Shown here: positions 55,037 through 64,000 of the stretch, piece after piece
Numbering within the stretch: position 1 is the stretch's first letter
Layout: every line of letters starts with the position of its first letter
IMG/VR virus record: IMGVR_UViG_3300029288_007102
Location: 1-64,000 of that record
Length of the DNA: 64,000 bases
DNA from: a virus
Lineage: Duplodnaviria; Caudoviricetes
Reading direction: 5' to 3' (one strand)
Made by a program: the position numbers and the translations under genes
The notes under the pieces: model-generated
Told to the model about the DNA's origin: nothing
Databases searched by the model: none
Seen by the model: the letters and a program-made list of their open reading frames with translations, nothing else

Positions 55037-55735
55037 ATGGCTGGAGAAAGGTTTGCAGTATTCAATCCTACAACAGGAAATTTAGACGTGATAGCTGATG
55101 GGGACACTGTTCAGGTTACCACAATAGATTTGACAGCTAATTTAACTGTAGCAGGATATATAGGTAAAAAAATAGCTCAAGCTTTACATGGCTTTGTGGT
55201 AGGAAATGTTTTAAAATTTGCTGGTGGTGTTTATGCCAAGGCTCAAGCAGATACAGCTGCTAATGCAGAAGTTGTTGGAATGGTCTCAGAGATTGTAGAT
55301 GGAGGAAATTTTATTATCTCAACTGGTGGATATATAGCAGGTTTGTCTGGGTTAACAGCCAATACTGTGTATTACTTGTCTCCTTCTTCTGCTGGAGCAA
55401 TTACAGCAACAGAGCCATCTACAGCGGGACAAATATCAAAACCTGTTTTCTTTGCAGTTTCAACAGCAGCTGGATATTTTATTAACTATCGAGGAGTGTC
55501 TGTTAATAGTTCTACTTCCTATATCAAAAGTTTTGTGAATGGAGATCTTGTTGCTGGTGTTTTAACTGTGGCTCACAATTTAGGATATCAGTATCTTCTT
55601 GCTCAAGTTTATGATGATAGTAATATTTTAATTTTACCAGATGCTATAACACTAACAGATAGCAACAATCTTAGTATAGATTTGACAAGTTACGGAGTTT
55701 TATCAGGAACTTGGCATGCAGTGATGGGAGTGTAG
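55037..55735 (+). CDS. Virion structural/fibre protein
   Basis: HGFVVG...AKAQAD...EVVG...YYLS; VAHNLG. Confidence 0.7.
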   Translation: MAGERFAVFNPTTGNLDVIADGDTVQVTTIDLTANLTVAGYIGKKIAQALHGFVVGNVLKFAGGVYAKAQADTAANAEVVGMVSEIVDGGNFIISTGGYIAGLSGLTANTVYYLSPSSAGAITATEPSTAGQISKPVFFAVSTAAGYFINYRGVSVNSSTSYIKSFVNGDLVAGVLTVAHNLGYQYLLAQVYDDSNILILPDAITLTDSNNLSIDLTSYGVLSGTWHAVMGV

Positions 55736-55738
55736 TTT

Positions 55739-56143
55739 ATGACATTAAGAACAGGTATTTTAAATCCTTTAGGAAATGTATACACAGTTGATTGGGTTGA
55801 CTATTCTGGATCATCAACCATTATTGGCTGGCAAGTGGCAGGTAGGACAGAGAAGATTTATTATAAAAAAATAGGAAAATTAGTATTTGTTGCTTTTAAT
55901 ATATCTGGGACAAGCGATTCTGCTTCTGTGTCATTTACAGTTCCATTTACTAATAGTGTTGTTCCTATTCAAGGAGCATTAGGTCAATGTTCTGATGCTG
56001 GAAGTGATATCACTACTGCGTGCTTGTATTCTCTTAATGCAAGCTCTTCGACAGTTTCATGTTATAAGAATATGGTAAATGCTGCTTGGACAGGATCAGG
56101 AGCTAAATCAGTTGTTGGAAATTTTTGGTATATAATAACTTAA
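55739..56143 (+). CDS. Fibre tip-like beta protein
   Basis: YKKIGKLVFV motif. Confidence 0.6.
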   Translation: MTLRTGILNPLGNVYTVDWVDYSGSSTIIGWQVAGRTEKIYYKKIGKLVFVAFNISGTSDSASVSFTVPFTNSVVPIQGALGQCSDAGSDITTACLYSLNASSSTVSCYKNMVNAAWTGSGAKSVVGNFWYIIT

Positions 56144-56154
56144 GGAGTTTAAAG

Positions 56155-56658
56155 ATGGGAAGCTCGGCGATAACAAATATTGTAGCAACGAACCCTCAGG
56201 CATTAGCCACTACAGATACGCCTATATTTGCCGGTGTTAATTTAGGTGACACCAGCTTAAATGATTATAAAGAAGGGACTTGGACCCCTAAATTGTATGC
56301 TGGCGGAGTAGAGATAACTTCATATTATTATCAGACTGGTTTCTACACAAGAATTGGTAGACTCGTGTATTTAAACTGTCAACTTACAATCAATCAGGTA
56401 GGAGCAGTAACTGGTGGGCTGACCATTCAAAATTTGCCATACGCTTCAAGCTCAGCAACAAGAAATAGGTCTGTAGCTGTTCTTGCTGGAACCTTTTTAA
56501 CAGGGCTTGCAGGACAGCATCTGTATGCCTACAATGAAGCTGGAACAACATATTATGATTTGATGTATATGAATGGAGCATCTGGAGCATCCTTAGATCA
56601 GACCTTTCTTAATCCAGAAGATACAACATTTTTTCTAACAGGTTTTTATATAGTATAG
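56155..56658 (+). CDS. Fibre tip-like beta protein
   Basis: LNDYKEGTWTP...YTRIGRLV...NLPY. Confidence 0.7.
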   Translation: MGSSAITNIVATNPQALATTDTPIFAGVNLGDTSLNDYKEGTWTPKLYAGGVEITSYYYQTGFYTRIGRLVYLNCQLTINQVGAVTGGLTIQNLPYASSSATRNRSVAVLAGTFLTGLAGQHLYAYNEAGTTYYDLMYMNGASGASLDQTFLNPEDTTFFLTGFYIV

Positions 56659-56726
56659 AACTCTCGTCAAATGAATAGAAAATGCTGTGACTTATCTTTC
56701 TGAAAGTGAGTTGGGGGTAAAGTGTT

Positions 56727-57032
56727 ATGGTGTTGAGCTGGAATCATTTTTGGTCAGATATATCTTTGATCATGTATATGCTGTCAGCGTTATTTTTCTT
56801 TATTTTAGCTAGTAGATTTTTGCTGAGCAACAGGAAAGAGGCAAGAGCAGTAGGTGTGTTATTTATGGCGGGAGGGATAAAGAGCATTTTGTATATGGTG
56901 TATTATGTATTCCAGGATGGTACACCTGCTCCAGTTTGGATATTTGCTGTTGGACACTCTCCTGTTTTAATATCTCTATTCTATCTTTTTTATGTGATCA
57001 CAGATAGTTCTAATATCTCAAAGGAGAAATAG
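56727..57032 (+). CDS. Three-TM membrane protein (holin-like candidate)
   Basis: Three hydrophobic segments. Confidence 0.5.
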   Translation: MVLSWNHFWSDISLIMYMLSALFFFILASRFLLSNRKEARAVGVLFMAGGIKSILYMVYYVFQDGTPAPVWIFAVGHSPVLISLFYLFYVITDSSNISKEK

Positions 57033-57034
57033 AA

Positions 57035-57418
57035 ATGGTAAATGATCTTGATGGTTGGAGAGAAGTTATTACAAGCTCGATTAAATCACTGCAAAAAACA
57101 GCAGAAGATTTGAAAACTTCTGTTATCATTTCTCAAGGAAATATTGACAAAGCATTTTCGAAATTATCAGACTGTCAGCAATCTCGTTCTGTTTACAGAG
57201 AAGGCATAGAAGAAATACTAAAGGAGCAGAAAGAGATCAATAAGAAATTTAATGATCAAATAAATGGTCGTGAAGGTCTTTTTGTTTTTATGGAAAAGCT
57301 TAGTCAATCAGTGATAGATTTAAAAGACACAGTTGATACTTATGTAAAATCTACATTTTTTAGTCTCATGGCTGCAGGAGTTTTAGGGATAGTTGGTAAA
57401 TATTTCAAATGGTGGTAA
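57035..57418 (+). CDS. Coiled-coil protein with C-terminal TM anchor
   Basis: Heptads then FFSLMAAGVLGIVGK. Confidence 0.55.
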   Translation: MVNDLDGWREVITSSIKSLQKTAEDLKTSVIISQGNIDKAFSKLSDCQQSRSVYREGIEEILKEQKEINKKFNDQINGREGLFVFMEKLSQSVIDLKDTVDTYVKSTFFSLMAAGVLGIVGKYFKWW

Positions 57419-57421
57419 GAG

Positions 57422-58336
57422 ATGGGAAGATATAATCAGAGTTTGACTCCTTATAACAAGGTCCCATCTGAATATAATTATTCAGAGAACACTTATAGCA
57501 AATCTCTTAGTGATAGCATAAGCATCACTGACAATTTTACTGATTTGGTGAGTTATTCCAGGACCCTTACAGATAATGTAGTGATTACTGATTCCCTGTC
57601 TAAAATAGCCGATTTTGTAAGACTGGTAGCAGATTCAGTAAGCATTACAGATAGTTTAATAGATACAGCTGACTATATTAGAGCAACAGCAGATGTAGTA
57701 GGTATTACAGATAATCTGGCTAGAATTGTCGGTTATGTAGTAACAATCGCCGATCATGTGGCGATAAACGATTTCCTCTCAACTGGGGAAATATACATGA
57801 AGTCGGTTTCTGACATAGTAGGGATGACAGATTCTTTAACAAAGACGGTTAATTCGGCAAGGACCATTGCTGATATTGAGGTAATATCTGATACTGTTTC
57901 CAGGGTAGCAAATGCCTTAAGGGCTATCTCGGACAATGTGGCTCTAAGTGATTTCCTCTCAACTGGCGAAATATATCTGAAGTCTGTCTCTGATACTGTT
58001 GGAATTACAGACAATTTGGATAGGACAGTTTCCTATGTTAGATTGATTGCTGATAGTATGGGAATGACAGATGACTTGGCAAGAGTAGTCGGCTACATAG
58101 TTTTCTTATCTGAAAATGTAGGAATAACAGATAATTTATCTTATGGCCAAGGATTTTACAGGGGAATATCTGATACAGTTGGAATGACTGACAATGTAAC
58201 AAAAGCATACCAAGCAATAAGGATAATTCAGGATCAAATGGGGTTATCTGATGCTATTGTGTACCAGTTTATTTCAGGAGTGCAAAGAAGAATATATCTT
58301 ATGGGAGATGACATCTTTATCAGAAGGAGATTCTAA
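57422..58336 (+). CDS. Repeat protein (about 19-20-aa D-x-V-x-I-T-D repeats)
   Basis: About 13 repeats; 60-aa super-repeat visible in DNA at 57771 and 57951. Confidence 0.75.
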   Translation: MGRYNQSLTPYNKVPSEYNYSENTYSKSLSDSISITDNFTDLVSYSRTLTDNVVITDSLSKIADFVRLVADSVSITDSLIDTADYIRATADVVGITDNLARIVGYVVTIADHVAINDFLSTGEIYMKSVSDIVGMTDSLTKTVNSARTIADIEVISDTVSRVANALRAISDNVALSDFLSTGEIYLKSVSDTVGITDNLDRTVSYVRLIADSMGMTDDLARVVGYIVFLSENVGITDNLSYGQGFYRGISDTVGMTDNVTKAYQAIRIIQDQMGLSDAIVYQFISGVQRRIYLMGDDIFIRRRF

Positions 58337-58494
58337 TGAACTCTTGTCCTTCTTGTGGTAGTATGGAAATTAAAGATTTGGAATATGACGGGAATTCAGG
58401 AAAATTTAAGTGCAAAAAATGCAAGAAAATGTTTAACTGGTGGGCATTCTCGCAAACTATATTTACAGAAGAGGTAAAGTATGGCAGTAGATAA
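58336..58494 (+). CDS. Small Zn-ribbon protein (not in ORF track)
   Basis: CPSCGS...CKKC. Confidence 0.55.
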   Translation: MNSCPSCGSMEIKDLEYDGNSGKFKCKKCKKMFNWWAFSQTIFTEEVKYGSR

Positions 58495-58634
58495 TTTTTG
58501 GGAAGAATTGAAGAATAAATTTAAAAAAGGTAAACCTGAAATGGAAGATCAGATGGGGATTAAAGATGAGGTTTCTTATGAACTATATGATGAAAATGGA
58601 AAGTTAAAGCAAACATCTAATAAGGAGGAAATAA

Positions 58635-59144
58635 ATGAGTAAGAAAAGTATAAAAAGTAAAGCTAAATATCGGGTTGTTGGTTCATACATTCAGTATGAT
58701 AGTAGTGGAAATGAAAAGCAATCAGGTGATATCTGTAACTTAGTAACAACAAGTGGAGATCAATGGATTGCGGATCTTTTAGCTGATACTCCAACAAAGG
58801 TATTATTTACCAATGCTTATATGATTTTAGGTACAGGATGGGCTGGATCTGCTAAAAGTGATACTTGGGTAACTACAGGATATGCCGGTAATGGTAAAGT
58901 TATGGATGCAGCTTATCCTACAGCTCTGCTTGCAGTATTAACATTCAGGACTACATTTTCTGCTGGTGAGGGGACTTCTAATGGAATAGATGAAGCTGTG
59001 ATTGCGAGTGCAAATTCTGATGGAAGTGGTGGAAATCCTGGTGCGGCATATATACTTGCACACGGACAAATTACGCCAGAAGTAAATAAATCAGCAGGTG
59101 ATACGCTAGTTCTAACCTGGACTGTGACATATTTAGGAGCATAA
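58635..59144 (+). CDS. Tail/fibre-attachment structural protein
   Basis: NLVTTSG...LGTG...IDEAVI...VNKSAGDTLVLTWTV. Confidence 0.65.
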   Translation: MSKKSIKSKAKYRVVGSYIQYDSSGNEKQSGDICNLVTTSGDQWIADLLADTPTKVLFTNAYMILGTGWAGSAKSDTWVTTGYAGNGKVMDAAYPTALLAVLTFRTTFSAGEGTSNGIDEAVIASANSDGSGGNPGAAYILAHGQITPEVNKSAGDTLVLTWTVTYLGA

Positions 59145-59161
59145 TAGATAAATAGGAATAA

Positions 59162-59193
59162 CCCAAGCTACACTATAAAATGTGTAGCTTGGG
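59162..59193. terminator. Perfect 12-bp hairpin
   Basis: CCCAAGCTACAC-TATAAAAT-GTGTAGCTTGGG. Confidence 0.6.
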
Positions 59194-59227
59194 AAGAAGC
59201 TAATCTTATAAAGCAAGAGGTTTAACT

Positions 59228-60334
59228 ATGTGGATGTTAGCTGGTGGTATAAAAGTTCTTCCTTGTTATTTTGAGGACAATAACCAAGTGGCTGTGGTAG
59301 GTAAAGCACTTAATACTATCCATTTTAATATTTATTATGTGGATGGTACTACTAGCCTATTACACGATGCAACCATAGAGCTTGGATTGGGATGGTATGG
59401 ATATTCTTATACAGATACAGTTGGAGTAGATTTCATCTACAATGCAGTTGACACAACCACTACTTATAAGAACTTCCCTGGGGCTTTTATAGAATTACAA
59501 GTAAAATCTGTTGACAATGTATGGACAGATACACCGGGAAGAGTCTGGGCAAATGCCACTAGAACTTTAACCTCTTTTGGAACACTAGTAGCAGATATAT
59601 CTACAGCAGTATGGACAGCCACAACAAGAACTTTAACGAGCATGGGGACAATAGTTGCAGATATATGGAGCTATTTGACAACCAGCATAACCACATCAGG
59701 AAGTATAGGAAAATTTATAATAGATAAATTGAATGCACTTACTGGTGGTGGATCTACAGGATATGTGGTCACCATTCAATACTATGAGACAGCTACAACC
59801 ACGCCAATTATTCAGGCTCAATCAGTAGTTAGAACTTCTGACGACTCTGTGGTTGTAACACAGATGACCACTGGTGTTGATGGTAAGGCTATATTCAATC
59901 TCCCTGCAGGGACTTACCATATATTTACTTATAAGTTGGGTGTATACTCATTTACTCTTCCGGAAATTCTTGTGGTAACTGGGGCGACTTCGGTAACTTA
60001 CTATGGGTCTCCTTTTGTTGTTCCTTCCCCGTCTATCCCGGGAGTGTGTAGGGTATATGGGTGGGAATATAAGCCAAATGGGTTGCCTTATCAATCCATA
60101 TTGGTTACGGCCCAATTGCAGGATGGCCCATATTTTGCTAGTACTGTTGGGATCTTGGTGACACAATTGTCTACTTATACAGATGTAAATGGATATTGGT
60201 ATCTTGACCTAACAAGGTCAATAAATATGCTTCCAGTGGGAGCAAAATATCTAATTGAAATAGCAGAGCAGAATTATAATAAAGAAGTGACAGTTCCCGA
60301 TTCAGCTACAGCTAACTACAAAGACTTAACTTAA
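59228..60334 (+). CDS. Virion structural protein with VW..TRTLTS repeats and prealbumin-like C-terminal domains
   Basis: TTGVDGKAIFNLPAGTY; TDVNGYWYLDL. Confidence 0.65.
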   Translation: MWMLAGGIKVLPCYFEDNNQVAVVGKALNTIHFNIYYVDGTTSLLHDATIELGLGWYGYSYTDTVGVDFIYNAVDTTTTYKNFPGAFIELQVKSVDNVWTDTPGRVWANATRTLTSFGTLVADISTAVWTATTRTLTSMGTIVADIWSYLTTSITTSGSIGKFIIDKLNALTGGGSTGYVVTIQYYETATTTPIIQAQSVVRTSDDSVVVTQMTTGVDGKAIFNLPAGTYHIFTYKLGVYSFTLPEILVVTGATSVTYYGSPFVVPSPSIPGVCRVYGWEYKPNGLPYQSILVTAQLQDGPYFASTVGILVTQLSTYTDVNGYWYLDLTRSINMLPVGAKYLIEIAEQNYNKEVTVPDSATANYKDLT

Positions 60335-60506
60335 ATTTAAGGGAGGTTTTGTATGACTAAAGGGTCTGGTAAAGGAAAGAGGGCGGGGAAGCAAGCTTGT
60401 TCTCCAAAGACGAATAAATCAAAATATTATTACACCTTAATTGAAAGATATGGGAGGGTGGGCGGGTATAGTGATAGACATAGAGGATCTTTGTGAGGTG
60501 GACTAA

Positions 60507-61343
60507 ATGGCGTTGCTTCAAATAAGTGGAGTGATAGTTGCATATGATAAAATAAGTAACCATGTAGACATTAATTGGACGGCTAGTACAGAAAGTCCTG
60601 ATGGTTATAATTTGTATCGTAGGCCTGTGCCTTATGGTTTTACGACATCATATGACAAAGTAAATACTACGTTGATAGCAACAAATTCTTATGTGGATTC
60701 CCCGGATTTTGTCTTGTCTAATGAGTGGTATTATTGTATTACTCAGGTTAAAGGGGCAGAAGAATCGGCTCTACAAGGTGCTGGGGTAACTTGGTTGCCC
60801 TATACTATTTTTACGGGACAAACAAACCTAAATTATCCTTATTTGCCAGATAATATTGGAATGGATTTTTATTTTGATGAGATAAGAAGAAGACATACTT
60901 GGATGATAGAAAATGATGGAGAGGACATAACTTTTTACAAAAGAAGGTGGGAGGGGGAGAGGTGCCCTTGTGTGCAAGAGGAGGGGGAAGAGGGGAATTA
61001 TAACTGCCTATTGTGTTTTGGGACAGGTATACTTGGGGGGTATTATCTCGCTTATACCATCAAAATAAGATATGGAAGCATTCCAATTCAACTTGTTCGG
61101 TACGACAAAGAAGGGTTGATAATTGAGCATAAACCTTCTTCTTGGACTTTGTGGACCCCCAGATTGACAGAACACGATCTTGTTGTCCGATTTGACGGGG
61201 TAAGATATGACGTAAATGATCTTGCTCAGTCTACTTGGCGGGGGTTGCCTCTTCATCAAGATTTTAATTTACAAGAAGTTGTTCCTACGGATATTCGTTA
61301 TCAAGTAAACAATACTGCAATATTGGCGGCATTGGGTGCGTAA
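60507..61343 (+). CDS. Head-closure/neck protein with N-terminal FN3-like domain
   Basis: GYNLYR; GERCPC...CLLCFGTGILGGY; upstream of tail terminator and sheath. Confidence 0.65.
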   Translation: MALLQISGVIVAYDKISNHVDINWTASTESPDGYNLYRRPVPYGFTTSYDKVNTTLIATNSYVDSPDFVLSNEWYYCITQVKGAEESALQGAGVTWLPYTIFTGQTNLNYPYLPDNIGMDFYFDEIRRRHTWMIENDGEDITFYKRRWEGERCPCVQEEGEEGNYNCLLCFGTGILGGYYLAYTIKIRYGSIPIQLVRYDKEGLIIEHKPSSWTLWTPRLTEHDLVVRFDGVRYDVNDLAQSTWRGLPLHQDFNLQEVVPTDIRYQVNNTAILAALGA

Positions 61344-61363
61344 ATTTTTCCGGAGGCTTGAGA

Positions 61364-61582
61364 ATGGAAACTAAAATAAGAATCGAATACACTTTTAATT
61401 CTTTGGAAGAACTTGTCGAGTTTCTGAAAAAGACTGGGAAGATAGATGGGGGAAAGATAAAAAAGGATGGGACTGATATTCAAAAAGTATTAAAAGAGAT
61501 GAATCCAAACTCTATCCCTCATGGCGATGATGATCAGGGCGAACAGGAGAAGCCGGATGTCAATTCAGACCCCAAAATATAA
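61364..61582 (+). CDS. Hypothetical protein
   Basis: GGAGG RBS. Confidence 0.5.
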   Translation: METKIRIEYTFNSLEELVEFLKKTGKIDGGKIKKDGTDIQKVLKEMNPNSIPHGDDDQGEQEKPDVNSDPKI

Positions 61583-62171
61583 ATATAGTTATACTTTCTC
61601 TAATGCTCTTAAAAATGCCTTTGTTAACAGCCTCCGGGAAGCTTTTGCGACTAGAAAAGAGGGGGAACAATTTAGGTATATAACTAAAGCAGACGGCAGT
61701 GCTGATCCTACAACTCTTATAACTATCTATAAAGGGTTCCCGAGGAAGGTGTTAAAGTATCCGGCTATTTTTATTTCTTGTAATGCTGGGGAACATTATG
61801 CCACATTAGATGATGAGTTTTTGGAAGAAATAAAAGATGAGGCAGGGGTTTATATAGGAGATCGTTATTTAGGGAGATTTTGGTTTACTGCTTCTGAGAC
61901 AATAGCGGCAATGACGACCTTGGATAGAGAGCAGGTTCTTGACCTTTCTTTGTTTTATCTTAAGGTTTTAAGGAGACCTATGAGAGCAGCAGGGATAGAA
62001 TATCAAGAACCGAGGATCTCCGATGAATCAGAAAAGGTGATAGGAAACGACAATGTTTATCTGATAAATGTTTCCTATAGATGTTTTGTTGAATGGAGTA
62101 TGGATTTGTCGTTAATGGAGTATGAGAGGTTGAATAAGATAAATATAACTGCAATATTAGAGAATACTTAA
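61557..62171 (+). CDS. Tail completion/terminator protein candidate
   Basis: FPRKVLKYPAIFI; position before sheath. Confidence 0.55.
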   Translation: MSIQTPKYKYSYTFSNALKNAFVNSLREAFATRKEGEQFRYITKADGSADPTTLITIYKGFPRKVLKYPAIFISCNAGEHYATLDDEFLEEIKDEAGVYIGDRYLGRFWFTASETIAAMTTLDREQVLDLSLFYLKVLRRPMRAAGIEYQEPRISDESEKVIGNDNVYLINVSYRCFVEWSMDLSLMEYERLNKINITAILENT

Positions 62172-62184
62172 AGGAGGGGATAGA

Positions 62185-62394
62185 ATGAAGATAGAAATTA
62201 AGAATCGGACTAACGGGACTTTGACTTTTGGCTCTTTAGTTATAGAACCAAAAGGAGAAAAGAAATTGCCAATGAGCGACTATCTTAAAATAAAAAAGGA
62301 CGTGGAATATTCTGCGATGAAACAGTGGGCTTTTATTAGAGAGATAGATGAAGAAAAAATTGAAGAGAAAAGGGAAAAAAAGAAAAGTGAATAA
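62185..62394 (+). CDS. Small protein preceding sheath
   Basis: GGAGGGG RBS. Confidence 0.6.
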   Translation: MKIEIKNRTNGTLTFGSLVIEPKGEKKLPMSDYLKIKKDVEYSAMKQWAFIREIDEEKIEEKREKKKSE

Positions 62395-62428
62395 TTAATA
62401 ATTAAGTAATATAAAAAGGAGGAAACAA

Positions 62429-63994
62429 ATGACTTATCGTAAACCTGGGATATATTTTGCAGAAACAATCAATCCGCAATTTGTATCATTGACGGGGTCT
62501 GAAAGGGTAGTTACTATTATTGGCGATGCTGATAAAGGATTGTTGACGTCGAATGCGGAAGTGGTTCATGGCACAGCTGGTGGGACAGATGAACTTATCA
62601 CAAGTGGAGAGATAATTGAAATAATTGGGGTTGGAGATTACCCTGGTATATACAATTATATTAAAGATACAGACTTCACTCTTTCATCTAATCGTAGAGG
62701 TCTTGATTGGTCAGTGACGCATCGCCCAGAACCAAGTGTTGGGGCAACGTATTATGCGACATATAAAGTGCTGAAGTCCTCGACAAATTATGTTGTGAAT
62801 ACAACATATTCGATAGAACAGATAAGAACTCTGTATGGATATGAATTTAATGGTGGAAATATAAGCGAAATCTCTCTTGCTGCTTATGCCGCCTTCCAAA
62901 ATGGTGCAGTTACCGTTAAAGCCTGTCAAATAAACCCGACGACATACAAAACTTATTTAACATCGGGTTTTTCTTCTTCGGCTATTACGGCAGATGTTTC
63001 TGATACTACAGGGTTCCCATCTAGTGGATCTTTCAAGATCGATGAAGAAGTTGTGGCTTATGCCGGAACAACCCCAACAAGTTTTACTGGCTGTGTAAGG
63101 GCTCAGGGTGGAACAACAGCTGCTGCTCACGGAATAAATATTCCATTGATCTCTGTGCCATCAACAGCAGATGTAAGAACGGCATATCAAGAGGCCTTGA
63201 ATAAGGTAAAAGAGGTGGAGACGGATGTTGTTGTTATAACCTCTACAGATGCGACAATTCAGGGGTATCTTAAAACCCATATTCAAGATATGTCTTCTAG
63301 TATACAAAGAAAAGAGAGAGTTGGGATTATCACTCATGAAAATATAAATGATACTGCAACTCAGATCGCAACACAGGCAGCTGGATGGGACTATAACAGA
63401 ATGATTCTTGTTGCCCCTTCACCCATAAAAATAACTTTGATAGATACCTTAACCAGAGCTTCTTCTCAACAGACTGTTTCTGGTGTCTATTCAGCTTCTG
63501 CACTAGCTGGGCTTCTTTGTAACCCAAATTATGCAGTTTCTGAATCTATGACTAGAAAAGAGATTGCAGGGTTTGATGAGTTAGGAAGAACCTTCCTGGA
63601 AACCGAAATGAATAGCATGGCGGCTGTCGGGGTGTGTTTGTTTATCCCGGGGTCAATTTTGGTTAGGCATGCTATAACAACAGATCCTACAAATGCAAAT
63701 ACCCAAGAAATATCTATTATTATGATAAAGGATTATGTTGTTAAGCAATTGAGAAGTCTTTTAGATACGACTTATATTGGAACAAGAATCTTGCCTGGAA
63801 CGATTGATTCTATAAAGTTGTCGGTCCAGACATTGTTGACTCAGTTGATAAAGTATTCTATAATCAACGATTTTAGGAATATAAATGCAGTACAAGATAC
63901 GGCGGATCCTAGAATAGTCAATGTCCAGTTTGAGTTTGAAGCTGTATATCCATTGATTTGGATGGATGTGACATATCAGCTGTATGTAGCATAA
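62429..63994 (+). CDS. Contractile tail sheath protein
   Basis: YRKPGIY N-terminus, AFQNGA, HIQDMSS...ER, RHAITTD, EISI...DYV, AVYPLIW. Confidence 0.9.
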   Translation: MTYRKPGIYFAETINPQFVSLTGSERVVTIIGDADKGLLTSNAEVVHGTAGGTDELITSGEIIEIIGVGDYPGIYNYIKDTDFTLSSNRRGLDWSVTHRPEPSVGATYYATYKVLKSSTNYVVNTTYSIEQIRTLYGYEFNGGNISEISLAAYAAFQNGAVTVKACQINPTTYKTYLTSGFSSSAITADVSDTTGFPSSGSFKIDEEVVAYAGTTPTSFTGCVRAQGGTTAAAHGINIPLISVPSTADVRTAYQEALNKVKEVETDVVVITSTDATIQGYLKTHIQDMSSSIQRKERVGIITHENINDTATQIATQAAGWDYNRMILVAPSPIKITLIDTLTRASSQQTVSGVYSASALAGLLCNPNYAVSESMTRKEIAGFDELGRTFLETEMNSMAAVGVCLFIPGSILVRHAITTDPTNANTQEISIIMIKDYVVKQLRSLLDTTYIGTRILPGTIDSIKLSVQTLLTQLIKYSIINDFRNINAVQDTADPRIVNVQFEFEAVYPLIWMDVTYQLYVA

Positions 63995-64000
63995 AATAAT

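Larger units (their letters stand above)
1..64000 (+). other. Segment of a large myovirus-like phage genome (accessory/cargo genes, head module, neck, fibres, tail sheath)
   Basis: TerL, portal, protease, capsid and sheath in one orientation; dense small ORFs with overlapping start/stop codons; no host housekeeping genes. Confidence 0.95.

Noticed and set aside
1-64000. Minus-strand ORFs in the track (e.g. 7817-8362, 32867-33391, 32902-33405)
   Set aside because: All shadow + strand genes, lack RBSs and have Phe/Ser/Leu-rich composition expected from the antisense of purine-rich coding DNA
1-64000. Stop-codon reassignment as cause of the many short ORFs
   Set aside because: Core genes are intact in the standard code; TAA, TAG and TGA all end genes followed by fresh RBS and start codons
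1-64000. Apparent scarcity of GCGC/CGCG versus abundant CCGG and GATC
   Set aside because: Only an impression from reading; needs a k-mer count before it can be claimed

Overview
This window is part of a large tailed-virus genome (myovirus-like Caudoviricetes). Essentially all genes are on the + strand, tightly packed, with strong GGAG(G) Shine-Dalgarno sites and the standard code. The morphogenesis backbone is recognisable: terminase large subunit (16089-17831), portal (28636-30297), gpF-like head protein, prohead protease-scaffold (31757-34033), decoration protein, major capsid protein (34672-35610), neck/adaptor proteins, fibre-like proteins and tail sheath (62429-63994). There is also a tRNA-Thr(UGU), a decayed IscB with an upstream omega/HEARO-like RNA, a NUMOD3 endonuclease, a triple glycosyltransferase and a porin, which points to a diderm bacterial host. 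The most striking signal is a shared protein-level code. About 20 small ORFs, mostly with unrelated bodies (including an encapsulin-type ferritin, an HD-like DUF5662 protein and a ParB/Srx domain), begin with the leader M-x-W-x-[KR]-x(0-2)-A. The same [KR]-x-[AS] motif punctuates the scaffold, the capsid and portal N-termini, and the apparent domain junctions of large acidic mosaic proteins of up to 1642 aa. My inference is a capsid-targeting and protease-maturation system that loads a large, shuffled cargo library (single genes and polyproteins) into the head. Secondary signals are a gene enclosed by perfect 20-bp inverted repeats next to the tRNA, an unassigned ~200-nt structured RNA, and a CpG-free fibre module. 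All family assignments come from motif recognition by eye; no database searches were run.
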